64,000 bases of DNA from positions 3,652 through 67,651 of the forward strand of contig JAUYTY010000211.1 in assembly GCA_030694905.1 (NCBI GenBank). Reading direction: 5' to 3'. Source of the DNA: Eubacteriales bacterium. Lineage in GTDB: Bacteria; Bacillota; Clostridia; Tissierellales; Dethiosulfatibacteraceae. The notes under the pieces were generated by a model, which saw only the letters and a list, made by a program, of their open reading frames with translations, did no database searches and had not been told where the DNA came from. Positions 1 to 8,434 of this stretch are shown piece after piece. The position numbers and the translations under genes were made by a program. The number at the start of each line of letters is the position of its first letter. Positions within the stretch are counted from its first letter, which is position 1.

Positions 1-816
1 GGCGTCCTTCAAATGTCTTTGGAACCTTTCTTCCAATCCCTCTTCGTTGATGATTCTGACAGATTCTTTCAGCGCCCAGATCAGATTGATGGGTGGCGTT
101 CCATAGTACTTCATCGGGTCATTCATAATCGGAAGCCATTTTTCAAAATCCAGGTATGAATCCGCTATGGTTTTCAGATTTTTTCTTCTTTCGATTGCTT
201 TTGGACCTGCCCAAATAATCGCCAGGCCCGGTGATACGCCAAATGCCTTCTGTGATGCGGTAAACAGTATATCTATCCCCATCTTTTTCAGGCTTTCTTT
301 TTCACCGGCTGTTGAACAGACGCCATCGACGATATATAGCGTGTCTTGAAACTGATTCAGCATCTCACCTATTTTTGCAATATCAGAGCGTGTGCCTGTG
401 GAGGTGTCAACATGTGTGACTGTTATGGCGTGGTAATGCTTTTCCTTTAGCTTTGCTTCAATTTGATCTATAGGAACTGCTTTGCCCCATTCAGATGACA
501 ATACATCTGTGTTGATTCCTCTTCTTTCAAATATATCTATGAATCTGTCTCCAAAATATCCGTGAGACACAACCAAAACATTATCGCCGCTCTTGACTGA
601 ATTGGCAACTGCCACTTCCATGGCCATAGTGCCTGTTCCTGATAGGACAAAGCACTCTTCGGCCTGCCACATATCTTTAAGATCTAGTACCAGCCCTTTG
701 AAATCCTTGACAAAATCAGCATCTTTAAAGGATACTGTCTCTCTTCCCATCTGGACCATGATACTGTTGACAGTAGGTGTCGGACCCGGTATCATGACTA
801 ATTTCTTGTTTTTCAT
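1..816 (-). CDS. Class V PLP aminotransferase (alanine-glyoxylate / serine-pyruvate aminotransferase family); 3' end cut by the window edge
   Basis: Hand translation from ATG (rc of 814..816): MKNKKLVMIPGPTPTVNSIMVQMGRETVSF... It continues without a stop to position 1 and contains the PLP-lysine context TASQKAF. It is absent from the ORF track because it is open-ended. Confidence 0.8.
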   Translation of the reverse strand, partial: MKNKKLVMIPGPTPTVNSIMVQMGRETVSFKDADFVKDFKGLVLDLKDMWQAEECFVLSGTGTMAMEVAVANSVKSGDNVLVVSHGYFGDRFIDIFERRGINTDVLSSEWGKAVPIDQIEAKLKEKHYHAITVTHVDTSTGTRSDIAKIGEMLNQFQDTLYIVDGVCSTAGEKESLKKMGIDILFTASQKAFGVSPGLAIIWAGPKAIERRKNLKTIADSYLDFEKWLPIMNDPMKYYGTPPINLIWALKESVRIINEEGLEERFQRHLKDA

Positions 817-866
817 TTTTTCTCCCTTCATGACGTATTCGCAAATATTCGCTTAAGCTCAGTTTT

Positions 867-906
867 TATCCGATGACCAACAGTGCTAAGACTCCCACTT
901 CTGTTG
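867..906 (-). repeat. Dispersed repeat copy A (core AAGTGGGAGTCTTAGCACTGTT read on the minus strand)
   Basis: The 22-nt core at 879..900 is identical to 43847..43868. The extended roughly 40 nt aligns with 58116..58151 on the opposite strand. Confidence 0.8.
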
Positions 907-1779
907 ATCGTATTCTTCTATGATTTTCAGTAAAGCTTCTTTTTTACCCTGTTCCAATGGAAGCAGTGGTCTTCTTGGAAAACCGCCTTTATAGCCCTTT
1001 TGATCAAGTGCTACCTTCAATCCGGGTATCCCATAGACACCAGTGACCATCTTATTGATCTCTATCATCTTCAGTTGAAGCGCTATCGCTTCCGCCAATT
1101 TGTTTTCTCGGTGCAGTTGCACAAGCTTGCAGCAGTCTTCAGGCAAACAATTTGCCAATGCCAAGGTAGCGCCTTTTGCTCCCAGACACAAGGCGGGTAA
1201 AAGATAGCCTGCATTTCCGACAAATACTGTGAAGTCCTTATCCACATCACGAATCATCTCACCAATGTGAACAATGTCGCCCGATGTATCCTTGATACCA
1301 ATGATATTCTTATTTTTTGATAATCGTGCAATCACTGATGATGTCATACTGATACCTGTGTTTCCAGGCATATTGTAAATCATTAGCGGTACATTGACAT
1401 TGTCGGCAACCTCTGTGAAGTATGTGAACAACACCTCATCATTCATAGCTTTCTTAAAATAGTTCGGTGGTAAAACAAGTACTGCGTCGGCTCCAGCCTG
1501 TGCTGCCTGATTGCTGAATTTGATGGTCTCTCTGGTTGACTCGCAGCTTGTTCCAACGATGATTTTTTTTCTCTTGTCAACTTTTTTTATAACATGGATC
1601 ATCAGCTCTATCTTTTCTTCCTGTGATAGAAATACAAACTCTCCATTTGACCCAAGCACCACCAGACCATCTAAATCGGTTGCAATCCATTTTTCAAGAT
1701 TATAGTCCATACTCTCGTAATCAATATCACCATTTTCTTTAAATGGTGTGATAATAGGTGTGTAGATACCTTTTAACAT
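886..1779 (-). CDS. DapA/DHDPS-NAL family pyruvate-dependent lyase (dihydrodipicolinate synthase-like aldolase)
   Basis: 297 aa. N-terminus GIYTPIITPF...DGLVVLGSNGEF is typical of the DHDPS/N-acetylneuraminate lyase family. It sits 19 nt downstream of the preceding gene. Confidence 0.8.
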   Translation of the reverse strand: MLKGIYTPIITPFKENGDIDYESMDYNLEKWIATDLDGLVVLGSNGEFVFLSQEEKIELMIHVIKKVDKRKKIIVGTSCESTRETIKFSNQAAQAGADAVLVLPPNYFKKAMNDEVLFTYFTEVADNVNVPLMIYNMPGNTGISMTSSVIARLSKNKNIIGIKDTSGDIVHIGEMIRDVDKDFTVFVGNAGYLLPALCLGAKGATLALANCLPEDCCKLVQLHRENKLAEAIALQLKMIEINKMVTGVYGIPGLKVALDQKGYKGGFPRRPLLPLEQGKKEALLKIIEEYDQQKWES

Positions 1780-1797
1780 GCAGTCCCTCCTTCATGA

Positions 1798-2988
1798 TTA
1801 TTTGATTTCTTTAAAAATTTTATCCATTCTATTTGCGGCTTCCTCTATTTTATCGTATGAATTTGAATAAGACAAGCGAATGCTGTCCGGTGACTCGAAT
1901 GCATCACCTGGAACTGTTGCCACAAGACCTTCTTCCAACAAAAGATTGGCCAGATCCATGGAGTCTTTTATGGTTTTTCCATTATAGGACTTCTGATAAA
2001 GCTTCGAGACATTGGGCAACAAATAAAACGCGCCTTCAGAGTTGATGCATGATACCCCGTTCATTTGATTTAACCGCCCCAACAGAAGATTTCTTCTCTT
2101 TTCAAATTCATCTCTCATGATATCAAGACTTTCTTGAGGACCTTCCAGCGCCTCTATGGCCGCCTTTTGAGTGATTGAATTCGCCGCATGGGTCATATGC
2201 CCCTGAATGGCGCTCATCGCTTTGATGATTTTTTCCGGGCCCGCCGCGTATCCAATTCGCCATCCCGTCATCGCATAGGCTTTGGAGAATCCATTTATTG
2301 TAATGGTTCTTTGATAGATATCGTCCGACAGGGAAGCAATCGATACATGCACAGCATCGTCATAAACCAATTTCTCATAAATCTCATCTGAAAAAATCAG
2401 AAAATCATTTTCAACCGCCAACCGTCCAAGCGCCTCCAGGGATTCTCTGCTGTAGACTGCTCCTGTGGGATTATTGGGCGTGTTAAGCATTATGCCTTTT
2501 GTCCTAGGACTCAAGGCTTTCTTAATATTGTCGATGTTTAGCTGATAACCATCTCTTTCATCGGTTTTAACGAAAACAGGAACTGCTCCAGATAATCTGA
2601 TGATTTCCTCGTAGCTTACCCAGCAAGGTGTCGGTAGAATTATTTCGTCACCTTCATTGCAAACTGTTAGCACAGCATTGTTCAAGCATTGCTTTGCTCC
2701 TGTTGAGACGATGATATTTTCCGGCCAATATTCAATCCCATTGTCATCTTTAAGTTTTTTGCATATGGATTGTCTCAACTCCAAAATGCCGTTTACCGTG
2801 ACGTATTTGGTAAACCCTTCATTGATGGCCTGTATAGCTGCTTCACATATGTTTCTCGGGGTTTCAAAATCAGGCTCGCCGACATTCAGGTCAATGACAT
2901 CTTTTCCTGATTTTTTCATTTTTGCCACTTTTGCTGTAAGCTCCACAGTGGCGGATGGCTTCATGTTTGCGGATCTTTGACTTAGCAT
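1798..2988 (-). CDS. Class I/II aminotransferase, aspartate-aminotransferase-like (paralog of 32086..33276)
   Basis: 396 aa with NVGEPDF, NTPNNPTGAVY and SKAYAMTGWRIGY motifs. The start overlaps the AOR stop (ATGCTAA). Confidence 0.85.
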   Translation of the reverse strand: MLSQRSANMKPSATVELTAKVAKMKKSGKDVIDLNVGEPDFETPRNICEAAIQAINEGFTKYVTVNGILELRQSICKKLKDDNGIEYWPENIIVSTGAKQCLNNAVLTVCNEGDEIILPTPCWVSYEEIIRLSGAVPVFVKTDERDGYQLNIDNIKKALSPRTKGIMLNTPNNPTGAVYSRESLEALGRLAVENDFLIFSDEIYEKLVYDDAVHVSIASLSDDIYQRTITINGFSKAYAMTGWRIGYAAGPEKIIKAMSAIQGHMTHAANSITQKAAIEALEGPQESLDIMRDEFEKRRNLLLGRLNQMNGVSCINSEGAFYLLPNVSKLYQKSYNGKTIKDSMDLANLLLEEGLVATVPGDAFESPDSIRLSYSNSYDKIEEAANRMDKIFKEIK

Positions 2989-5162
2989 AGATGTTTATTG
3001 ACGACTTCCAATACTTCCGGATAGTCTATTCCAAGTCTTTGAAGTGTTTCAGGCATTGGAACCGCGTTATTGGTCCAGCCTCGTCTATTGTACACCGCAT
3101 CCAAAAGCATCTCGTATTGGTTTTCTCTGTGTTTTCTTAGGATTCCCATTTTTTCTTCTATGGTTTTTCCCTTTATATCAAACCCAAGTTCCTTTAGCTG
3201 TTTGTCGTATCTTTCCATTCTTGATCTGTACTCAACTATCGTCACAGGTCCCACAGATCGATAAGGTATGGCATCATCTCTTCTAAGGCCTTTGCCCATT
3301 TTCAGATTGAAAACCTTCTGAAGGTTGTACACCCTCTCAGATTGAAGAACCAACTCGCTGACATGTTGCACATTTGCTCCAGTGACGCCATTGTATAGAT
3401 TGATATAGTTCTCTATATGCTCAGGTACCTTTGCCGGTTCATCGGTTTCCGCATTGTTGGCAGGTTCTATGTCATTCCAGGGCAGCTTGCACAGACCTAC
3501 CAGACTGAACCATGTCCTGAATAGAGGATAGAAATATAGCGCTTCCGCCTTATCCTCAAATGTCGGAATCTGGTTGTTTACCATATCCATGAATATCAGC
3601 CAGTTTTCATCATGCTGAGCCCCTTTGTTGGCTGTTCCATATCCGGCCTGTTGTGCGAGTGATTCCTTTGTGACGTACTCCGAATATTCCAATCCTTTGC
3701 ATTCCATTCCAATATCATTGAGATAATCGGCATCGATGCCGTATTGATCGACAAAAATCTCTTTCAGTTTCTTGACGCCCAATCCCGCCACTGTTCCAAA
3801 GCCTTCTCCTCTTGACATCTGATGAAGCAATTCAAGCTGTGCGGTCCAATTGCCAAAGTGAAGCTCAAGTCCTCCTGTAATGGCAACATCTATCAGATTT
3901 TCCTCAAAGCATTCCATAAGGAAGGCACAGGTGGTTCCAAACGAAATGGTATCAATGCCGTAGGTATCGCAGTAGAAATTGCATTCAAGAACCGCATGGG
4001 GATCATAAATACCGCAGTTGGTTCCAACACCGGCAGCCGTCTCATACTCCGGACCATCTATCAATACCTTGTGCCCTTTGTATGGACCTGTTTTTAGCTC
4101 GACATTGCTAACGCTTTTAGAGCATTGCATAGTACAGCCGTACCAGCATCCATCTGGAATTCCCTGTGTAAAGGTTTCCTGCCAATACTGTTGCCTCATT
4201 TTATAGGCATCCGGATGATAGCCATATCTGAAATTGTTAACCGGAACCAGATCATAATCATTCATCGCTTCCACAAGTCTTGTGGTTCCATTCAGCCTCA
4301 TGTTGGCCTGGCTGCCGTCGTTATCATGTAATTCTCTGTGAAGCCTTATGCCCGTTCTGGCTACCTTGTCATAATCGGCAACGTTGTTCATGTCTCCAGT
4401 CATACCGGGTTTTCTGACAACAACAGCCTTGATATTTTTATCCACAAAAACTGTCCCTATGCCACCTCTGCCTGCCTGCTTTAGTTTTGTGTGTTTTCTG
4501 TGTATATCGTAATATGAGAAGTTCAATATGCCAAAATTTGTATTGCCCGCCGCACTGCCTGCCGATATGATTGAAACATTCTTCTTATCATCTTCACTGA
4601 TTGAAAAAACATCCGTCAACACCTCTGCTAAAATATGACTGTCCTCGCAATCCCCCAAGTATTTTTCAAAGCTGATCATCCCATTTTCACCATCTATGAA
4701 GATGACAAGCTGAGTCTCTGATTTACCCTGTATTTCCAATGCATCAAATCCACATAGCTTGAAAAGGGGTCCAAAGTGACCGCCTACATTGCTGTCAATG
4801 GGAATATCTGTCAATGGCGATATGGTTGCCACATATGTTTTGCCTGATCCCGGATACTGCGTAATTCCGCCTATGGGTCCCTGGGCAATGACTATTTCGT
4901 TCTCTGGACTGTTCCATTTGGTGTCACTGTTTACAGCGTCCCAGAGCAGCTTCATGCCATATCCCCTACCGCCGGTGAACTTCTCTCGCATGTCAGAACT
5001 GACGGTTTTTATTTCAGCTTTTTTCTCACCGATATTAATGTATAATGTGCGATCGGCATAGCCTTTATCGATTTTTTTGGACTCAAATGGCGATTGTGCG
5101 ATCTGTTCTCTTTTATAGTCTTTTATTTGTGTCTCCAGTATTTCTTTATACTTGCAATCCAT
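2982..5162 (-). CDS. Aldehyde:ferredoxin oxidoreductase family protein (tungsten/molybdenum pterin enzyme), long form of about 726 aa
   Basis: AOR N-domain (FTGGRGYGMKLLWD), Cys cluster GCWYGCTMQCSK and YGIDTISFG motif. Start moved to the ATG at 5162, which follows CAGGAGGAAAAC; the track start at 5183 overlaps the ferredoxin gene. Confidence 0.85.
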   Translation of the reverse strand: MDCKYKEILETQIKDYKREQIAQSPFESKKIDKGYADRTLYINIGEKKAEIKTVSSDMREKFTGGRGYGMKLLWDAVNSDTKWNSPENEIVIAQGPIGGITQYPGSGKTYVATISPLTDIPIDSNVGGHFGPLFKLCGFDALEIQGKSETQLVIFIDGENGMISFEKYLGDCEDSHILAEVLTDVFSISEDDKKNVSIISAGSAAGNTNFGILNFSYYDIHRKHTKLKQAGRGGIGTVFVDKNIKAVVVRKPGMTGDMNNVADYDKVARTGIRLHRELHDNDGSQANMRLNGTTRLVEAMNDYDLVPVNNFRYGYHPDAYKMRQQYWQETFTQGIPDGCWYGCTMQCSKSVSNVELKTGPYKGHKVLIDGPEYETAAGVGTNCGIYDPHAVLECNFYCDTYGIDTISFGTTCAFLMECFEENLIDVAITGGLELHFGNWTAQLELLHQMSRGEGFGTVAGLGVKKLKEIFVDQYGIDADYLNDIGMECKGLEYSEYVTKESLAQQAGYGTANKGAQHDENWLIFMDMVNNQIPTFEDKAEALYFYPLFRTWFSLVGLCKLPWNDIEPANNAETDEPAKVPEHIENYINLYNGVTGANVQHVSELVLQSERVYNLQKVFNLKMGKGLRRDDAIPYRSVGPVTIVEYRSRMERYDKQLKELGFDIKGKTIEEKMGILRKHRENQYEMLLDAVYNRRGWTNNAVPMPETLQRLGIDYPEVLEVVNKHLC

Positions 5163-5175
5163 GTTTTCCTCCTGT

Positions 5176-5565
5176 CTACTCAAGATTTTCTATAAATATC
5201 GCGCTGGTCGGACAAACTGCGGCGCATTTTCCACAGGCAATGCATTTGCTTGGTTTTCTCTCACCTGTGAAGTAATGGATGGACAATGTGTCGCAAAAGC
5301 CAACGCAGGCATAACATTCTACGCATTTTTTTCTATTCAATGTTATGACGCCGTTTTTCGATATTGTCAAGGCTTGTGTGGGACATATGGTTGTACAATA
5401 ACCACATTGATTGCATACGTTAATATCGAATTTATCATTAGTGCTTTCTGTTATTCTGATAACCGATTTGTCTCCTGTTTCATCCTTGTAATAGGTTGTC
5501 GCGCATTCTACCATGCATTTTTTACAACCGATACAAAGCGCTTCATTCTTACTTAATACTTTCAT
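5176..5565 (-). CDS. Poly-[4Fe-4S] ferredoxin (four Cys-cluster motifs)
   Basis: 129 aa with CIGCKKCMVEC, CNQCGYCTTICP, CVECYACVGFC and CIACGKCAAVCP. It lies immediately upstream of the AOR gene. Confidence 0.85.
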   Translation of the reverse strand: MKVLSKNEALCIGCKKCMVECATTYYKDETGDKSVIRITESTNDKFDINVCNQCGYCTTICPTQALTISKNGVITLNRKKCVECYACVGFCDTLSIHYFTGERKPSKCIACGKCAAVCPTSAIFIENLE

Positions 5566-5598
5566 ATTCGAATCTCCTCGTAAATTGTCTTTTTTAAA

Positions 5599-6591
5599 TC
5601 ACAATTGCTGCAGTGCGGCTTCTCTTTCCAGGGACAAACCATATGATTGAGCTCCGTCAATTCCCTGGTGCCACGAAATACCGATTGCATCGGCAATATA
5701 ATAAGGATCTTCTTGATTGTACATGACATTTCTACCAAGCAATATCCCTCGGATATTGGTATTGATGCCGCGTTCCTTGACATACTCTTCCACGACTTCT
5801 ATGGCCTTGGTTTTTGCCTCATCGGGAACAACCAGAATTGAACAGGTTGTGGCATCGGTCACGGCTTTGTAATCATTGTTCAAAGGCACTTCAAGCCATT
5901 TTCGAGCTGATGTGTTTCCAAGTGCTGCAGCAACTCCGATCGTCTGCACCAATCTCTCTGTTGAGACTTCCAATGCGTATCCATTTTCAGTCTTTTTAAC
6001 GAACAGGCTTTCTATGAATATCGGCAGCTTGTTTTTTTCAGCGATATTGATTGTTTCGGAGCAGTATCTGATTGTTTTACCACTATCTTTGTCATCAGGA
6101 TCGATCCTGAACATGAATTTGACGCCATCCAGGTTCATTTCACTTAGCTTTTCCACAGTATAGCAGGTACACATATCATCCATTTCCCATGATGTGTTTT
6201 TAAGTCCACCACGGTTGACAGTCCCTATTAAAAGCTTGTTTTCAAGCATATCAACATTGTGCCTTTCTTTCATTATGCTATTTAGAATAAGCAGGTCTTC
6301 AATGATGTCGGCAGTCGCCTCTATTCCATCAACAAAAGAACTCATCAGCATCCTTGCAACCCTAGACAGATATTCGTGTCTGTTTCCCAACCCGATATTG
6401 TTGCCGTTATAGGCTGTTATCATCCTGGCATTATGATCCGCCGCCACCAGCACCAATTGGTTTTTGAACACTGGTTTTATCCTGGACTTAAGCTCTCTTG
6501 CGATTATTTCCGGTTCAAATGTCTTGATTTGGTTGATTTTATCATAACTATCCCTTGGTAAAAATTGCTTATAGTCAAATACCGACATCAA
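5599..6591 (-). CDS. TIM-barrel protein resembling class I aldolases (DeoC/LacD/FbaB-like); exact family uncertain
   Basis: 330 aa. LVLVAADHNARM and the later beta/alpha periodicity resemble DhnA/LacD-type aldolase-like barrels. Recognition is by eye only. Confidence 0.4.
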   Translation of the reverse strand: MMSVFDYKQFLPRDSYDKINQIKTFEPEIIARELKSRIKPVFKNQLVLVAADHNARMITAYNGNNIGLGNRHEYLSRVARMLMSSFVDGIEATADIIEDLLILNSIMKERHNVDMLENKLLIGTVNRGGLKNTSWEMDDMCTCYTVEKLSEMNLDGVKFMFRIDPDDKDSGKTIRYCSETINIAEKNKLPIFIESLFVKKTENGYALEVSTERLVQTIGVAAALGNTSARKWLEVPLNNDYKAVTDATTCSILVVPDEAKTKAIEVVEEYVKERGINTNIRGILLGRNVMYNQEDPYYIADAIGISWHQGIDGAQSYGLSLEREAALQQL

Positions 6592-6605
6592 CGGCCTCCC
6601 TTTAA

Positions 6606-7310
6606 TTATATTTTTCTTTTCAGTCCTCTTTTTTCATAATAGGCATCGGGAATATCTTTAGGATCCTTGTACAATGTCATCACGCATTTGCCGTCACTTC
6701 CCACTCCGGGCACATCCATGATGAAAAGGGGCCATCCAAACCACTCATACCATCCGAATTCCCACATTGTCGTGCAATTCAGGCAGTAGCACTGGAATCC
6801 TTTTTTATCATAACACCAGGTATGTGCCTCATCCGTTACCGCTACCGGGTCAGGCTGCTCTTTCACAAGATAGCCGCCGCTGTTGCATTTATCAAGGATG
6901 AAGGTGATCTTTTCATCGTCCTCTTCCCAGATTTGCTCATTGTCGTGAACCATCTGCCACAGGTTTGCCCTATTTTCCAAAAATCCTTCCAGCGGAAAAT
7001 CCTTGTAGGTTGCTTTTCCTGCGTCATAGGCACTGATCCAATCCTTAATGACAGGCGGATAAAATGTGGTCGCATATTCCTTCATGCATTCGAATATGGC
7101 TTCATCTGATGCGTTTTTCTTAAAGTGCGACAGTGTCAGATTAACCCATCTGACTGCAAAGTCGTGAAAATTTTGCTTGCCCGTCACATTCTTGCGATGT
7201 AGTTCGAGTGCTTTCTCCATATCACCCGCTTTGATAGCCGCTTCTAATTCATCAATGGTTCTTTTTGCATTGACATTGACAATCTGTTCCATTATAGGTG
7301 TTCGTTTCAT
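6606..7310 (-). CDS. Hypothetical protein with a Cys/Trp-rich C-terminal half; no family recognised
   Basis: Start set to MKRTPIMEQ (ATG rc of 7308..7310), preceded by GGAGGGAATACT. C-terminus: KCNSGG...WCYDKKGFQCYCLNCTTMWEFGWYEWFGWP...GKC. Confidence 0.6.
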   Translation of the reverse strand: MKRTPIMEQIVNVNAKRTIDELEAAIKAGDMEKALELHRKNVTGKQNFHDFAVRWVNLTLSHFKKNASDEAIFECMKEYATTFYPPVIKDWISAYDAGKATYKDFPLEGFLENRANLWQMVHDNEQIWEEDDEKITFILDKCNSGGYLVKEQPDPVAVTDEAHTWCYDKKGFQCYCLNCTTMWEFGWYEWFGWPLFIMDVPGVGSDGKCVMTLYKDPKDIPDAYYEKRGLKRKI

Positions 7311-7326
7311 AGTATTCCCTCCGTAT

Positions 7327-8403
7327 TTATGATAAGCTTTTTTTATATGTTTTCCCGTCGTCTTCAACAGGGAATTGCACTTTTTTTCCTGTCATGCCTG
7401 AGATATAAATCGCCCTAATAAACTCAAGGGCTCTTCTGCCTTCGTGTCCGTCAATTTTTGGTTTTCTGTTGTTCTGGATTGCCTCAATGAAATCCTCAAT
7501 CTGCAGCTTATGCAGCTCGTAATTGACATAACCGGCCTTAGTGGCGGTATCTCCCGAATCGATTATCTCTTTTGTCAAATAATCATCCTCGTTCATTCCC
7601 TCGATTTTCCATTGGATTATCTTTTCCTCTTCCAGAATGATGGTTCCTTTTTCGCCATGTATCTCCAGTCTTCTAGGATATCCGGGCTTAATGGCTGTAG
7701 AGCTTACCACACTGCCGATAGCACCGTTCTTAAACTTGAAGATCGCATTAGCCATATCATCCACTTCAATATCATCGTGTATTGTGGTCATGTAGTCGCC
7801 GGACAGGCTTTCCACATCACCAGCAATAAACAGCATCAGATCTATAAAATGCACCGTTTGGCTGATCAGTGACCCGCCACCCTCGCCGGACCATGTACCC
7901 CGCCATTTTCCTGAGGCGTAGTACTCATCGCTTCTAAAGCTCTTCCCGATACAATCCACTGATAGAAGTCGACCTATTTTTCCGGAATCAATAGCGTCTT
8001 TAATGGTTAAAGCCTGTTTCATAAATCTATACATGAATATGACGCCAAGTGTAATCCCTTCTTTTTCACAAACGGCAATCATATTATCCGCTTCGATGAG
8101 ATTTGTTGCGATGGGTTTTTCGCAGATAATGTGCTTTTTCGACTTTGCAATATCCTTGACCATCTGTTCATGAAGGAAAGGTGGTGTGATGACGCACACG
8201 ACGTCAATGTCATCATTTTTCAACATTTCTTTATAGTCTGTGTAGACATACGGAATCTGGTATTCTTTTTTATATTGTTGGCATACGGCTTCATTCACAT
8301 CGCAGAATGCTATAATCTCTGCATTGTCTATGCTCTTTATTGCATTTGCACTCAAGGGGCCTGCCATTCCCCCGCCTATTAATGCAAATCTAGTTTTACC
8401 CAT
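7327..8403 (-). CDS. Gfo/Idh/MocA family NAD(P)-dependent oxidoreductase
   Basis: 358 aa with an N-terminal Rossmann motif (RFALIGGGMAG) and the EKP motif (ICEKPIA). Confidence 0.85.
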   Translation of the reverse strand: MGKTRFALIGGGMAGPLSANAIKSIDNAEIIAFCDVNEAVCQQYKKEYQIPYVYTDYKEMLKNDDIDVVCVITPPFLHEQMVKDIAKSKKHIICEKPIATNLIEADNMIAVCEKEGITLGVIFMYRFMKQALTIKDAIDSGKIGRLLSVDCIGKSFRSDEYYASGKWRGTWSGEGGGSLISQTVHFIDLMLFIAGDVESLSGDYMTTIHDDIEVDDMANAIFKFKNGAIGSVVSSTAIKPGYPRRLEIHGEKGTIILEEEKIIQWKIEGMNEDDYLTKEIIDSGDTATKAGYVNYELHKLQIEDFIEAIQNNRKPKIDGHEGRRALEFIRAIYISGMTGKKVQFPVEDDGKTYKKSLS

Positions 8404-8434
8404 TTTTATCTCCCTTCAGATTTAATATTGCAAA

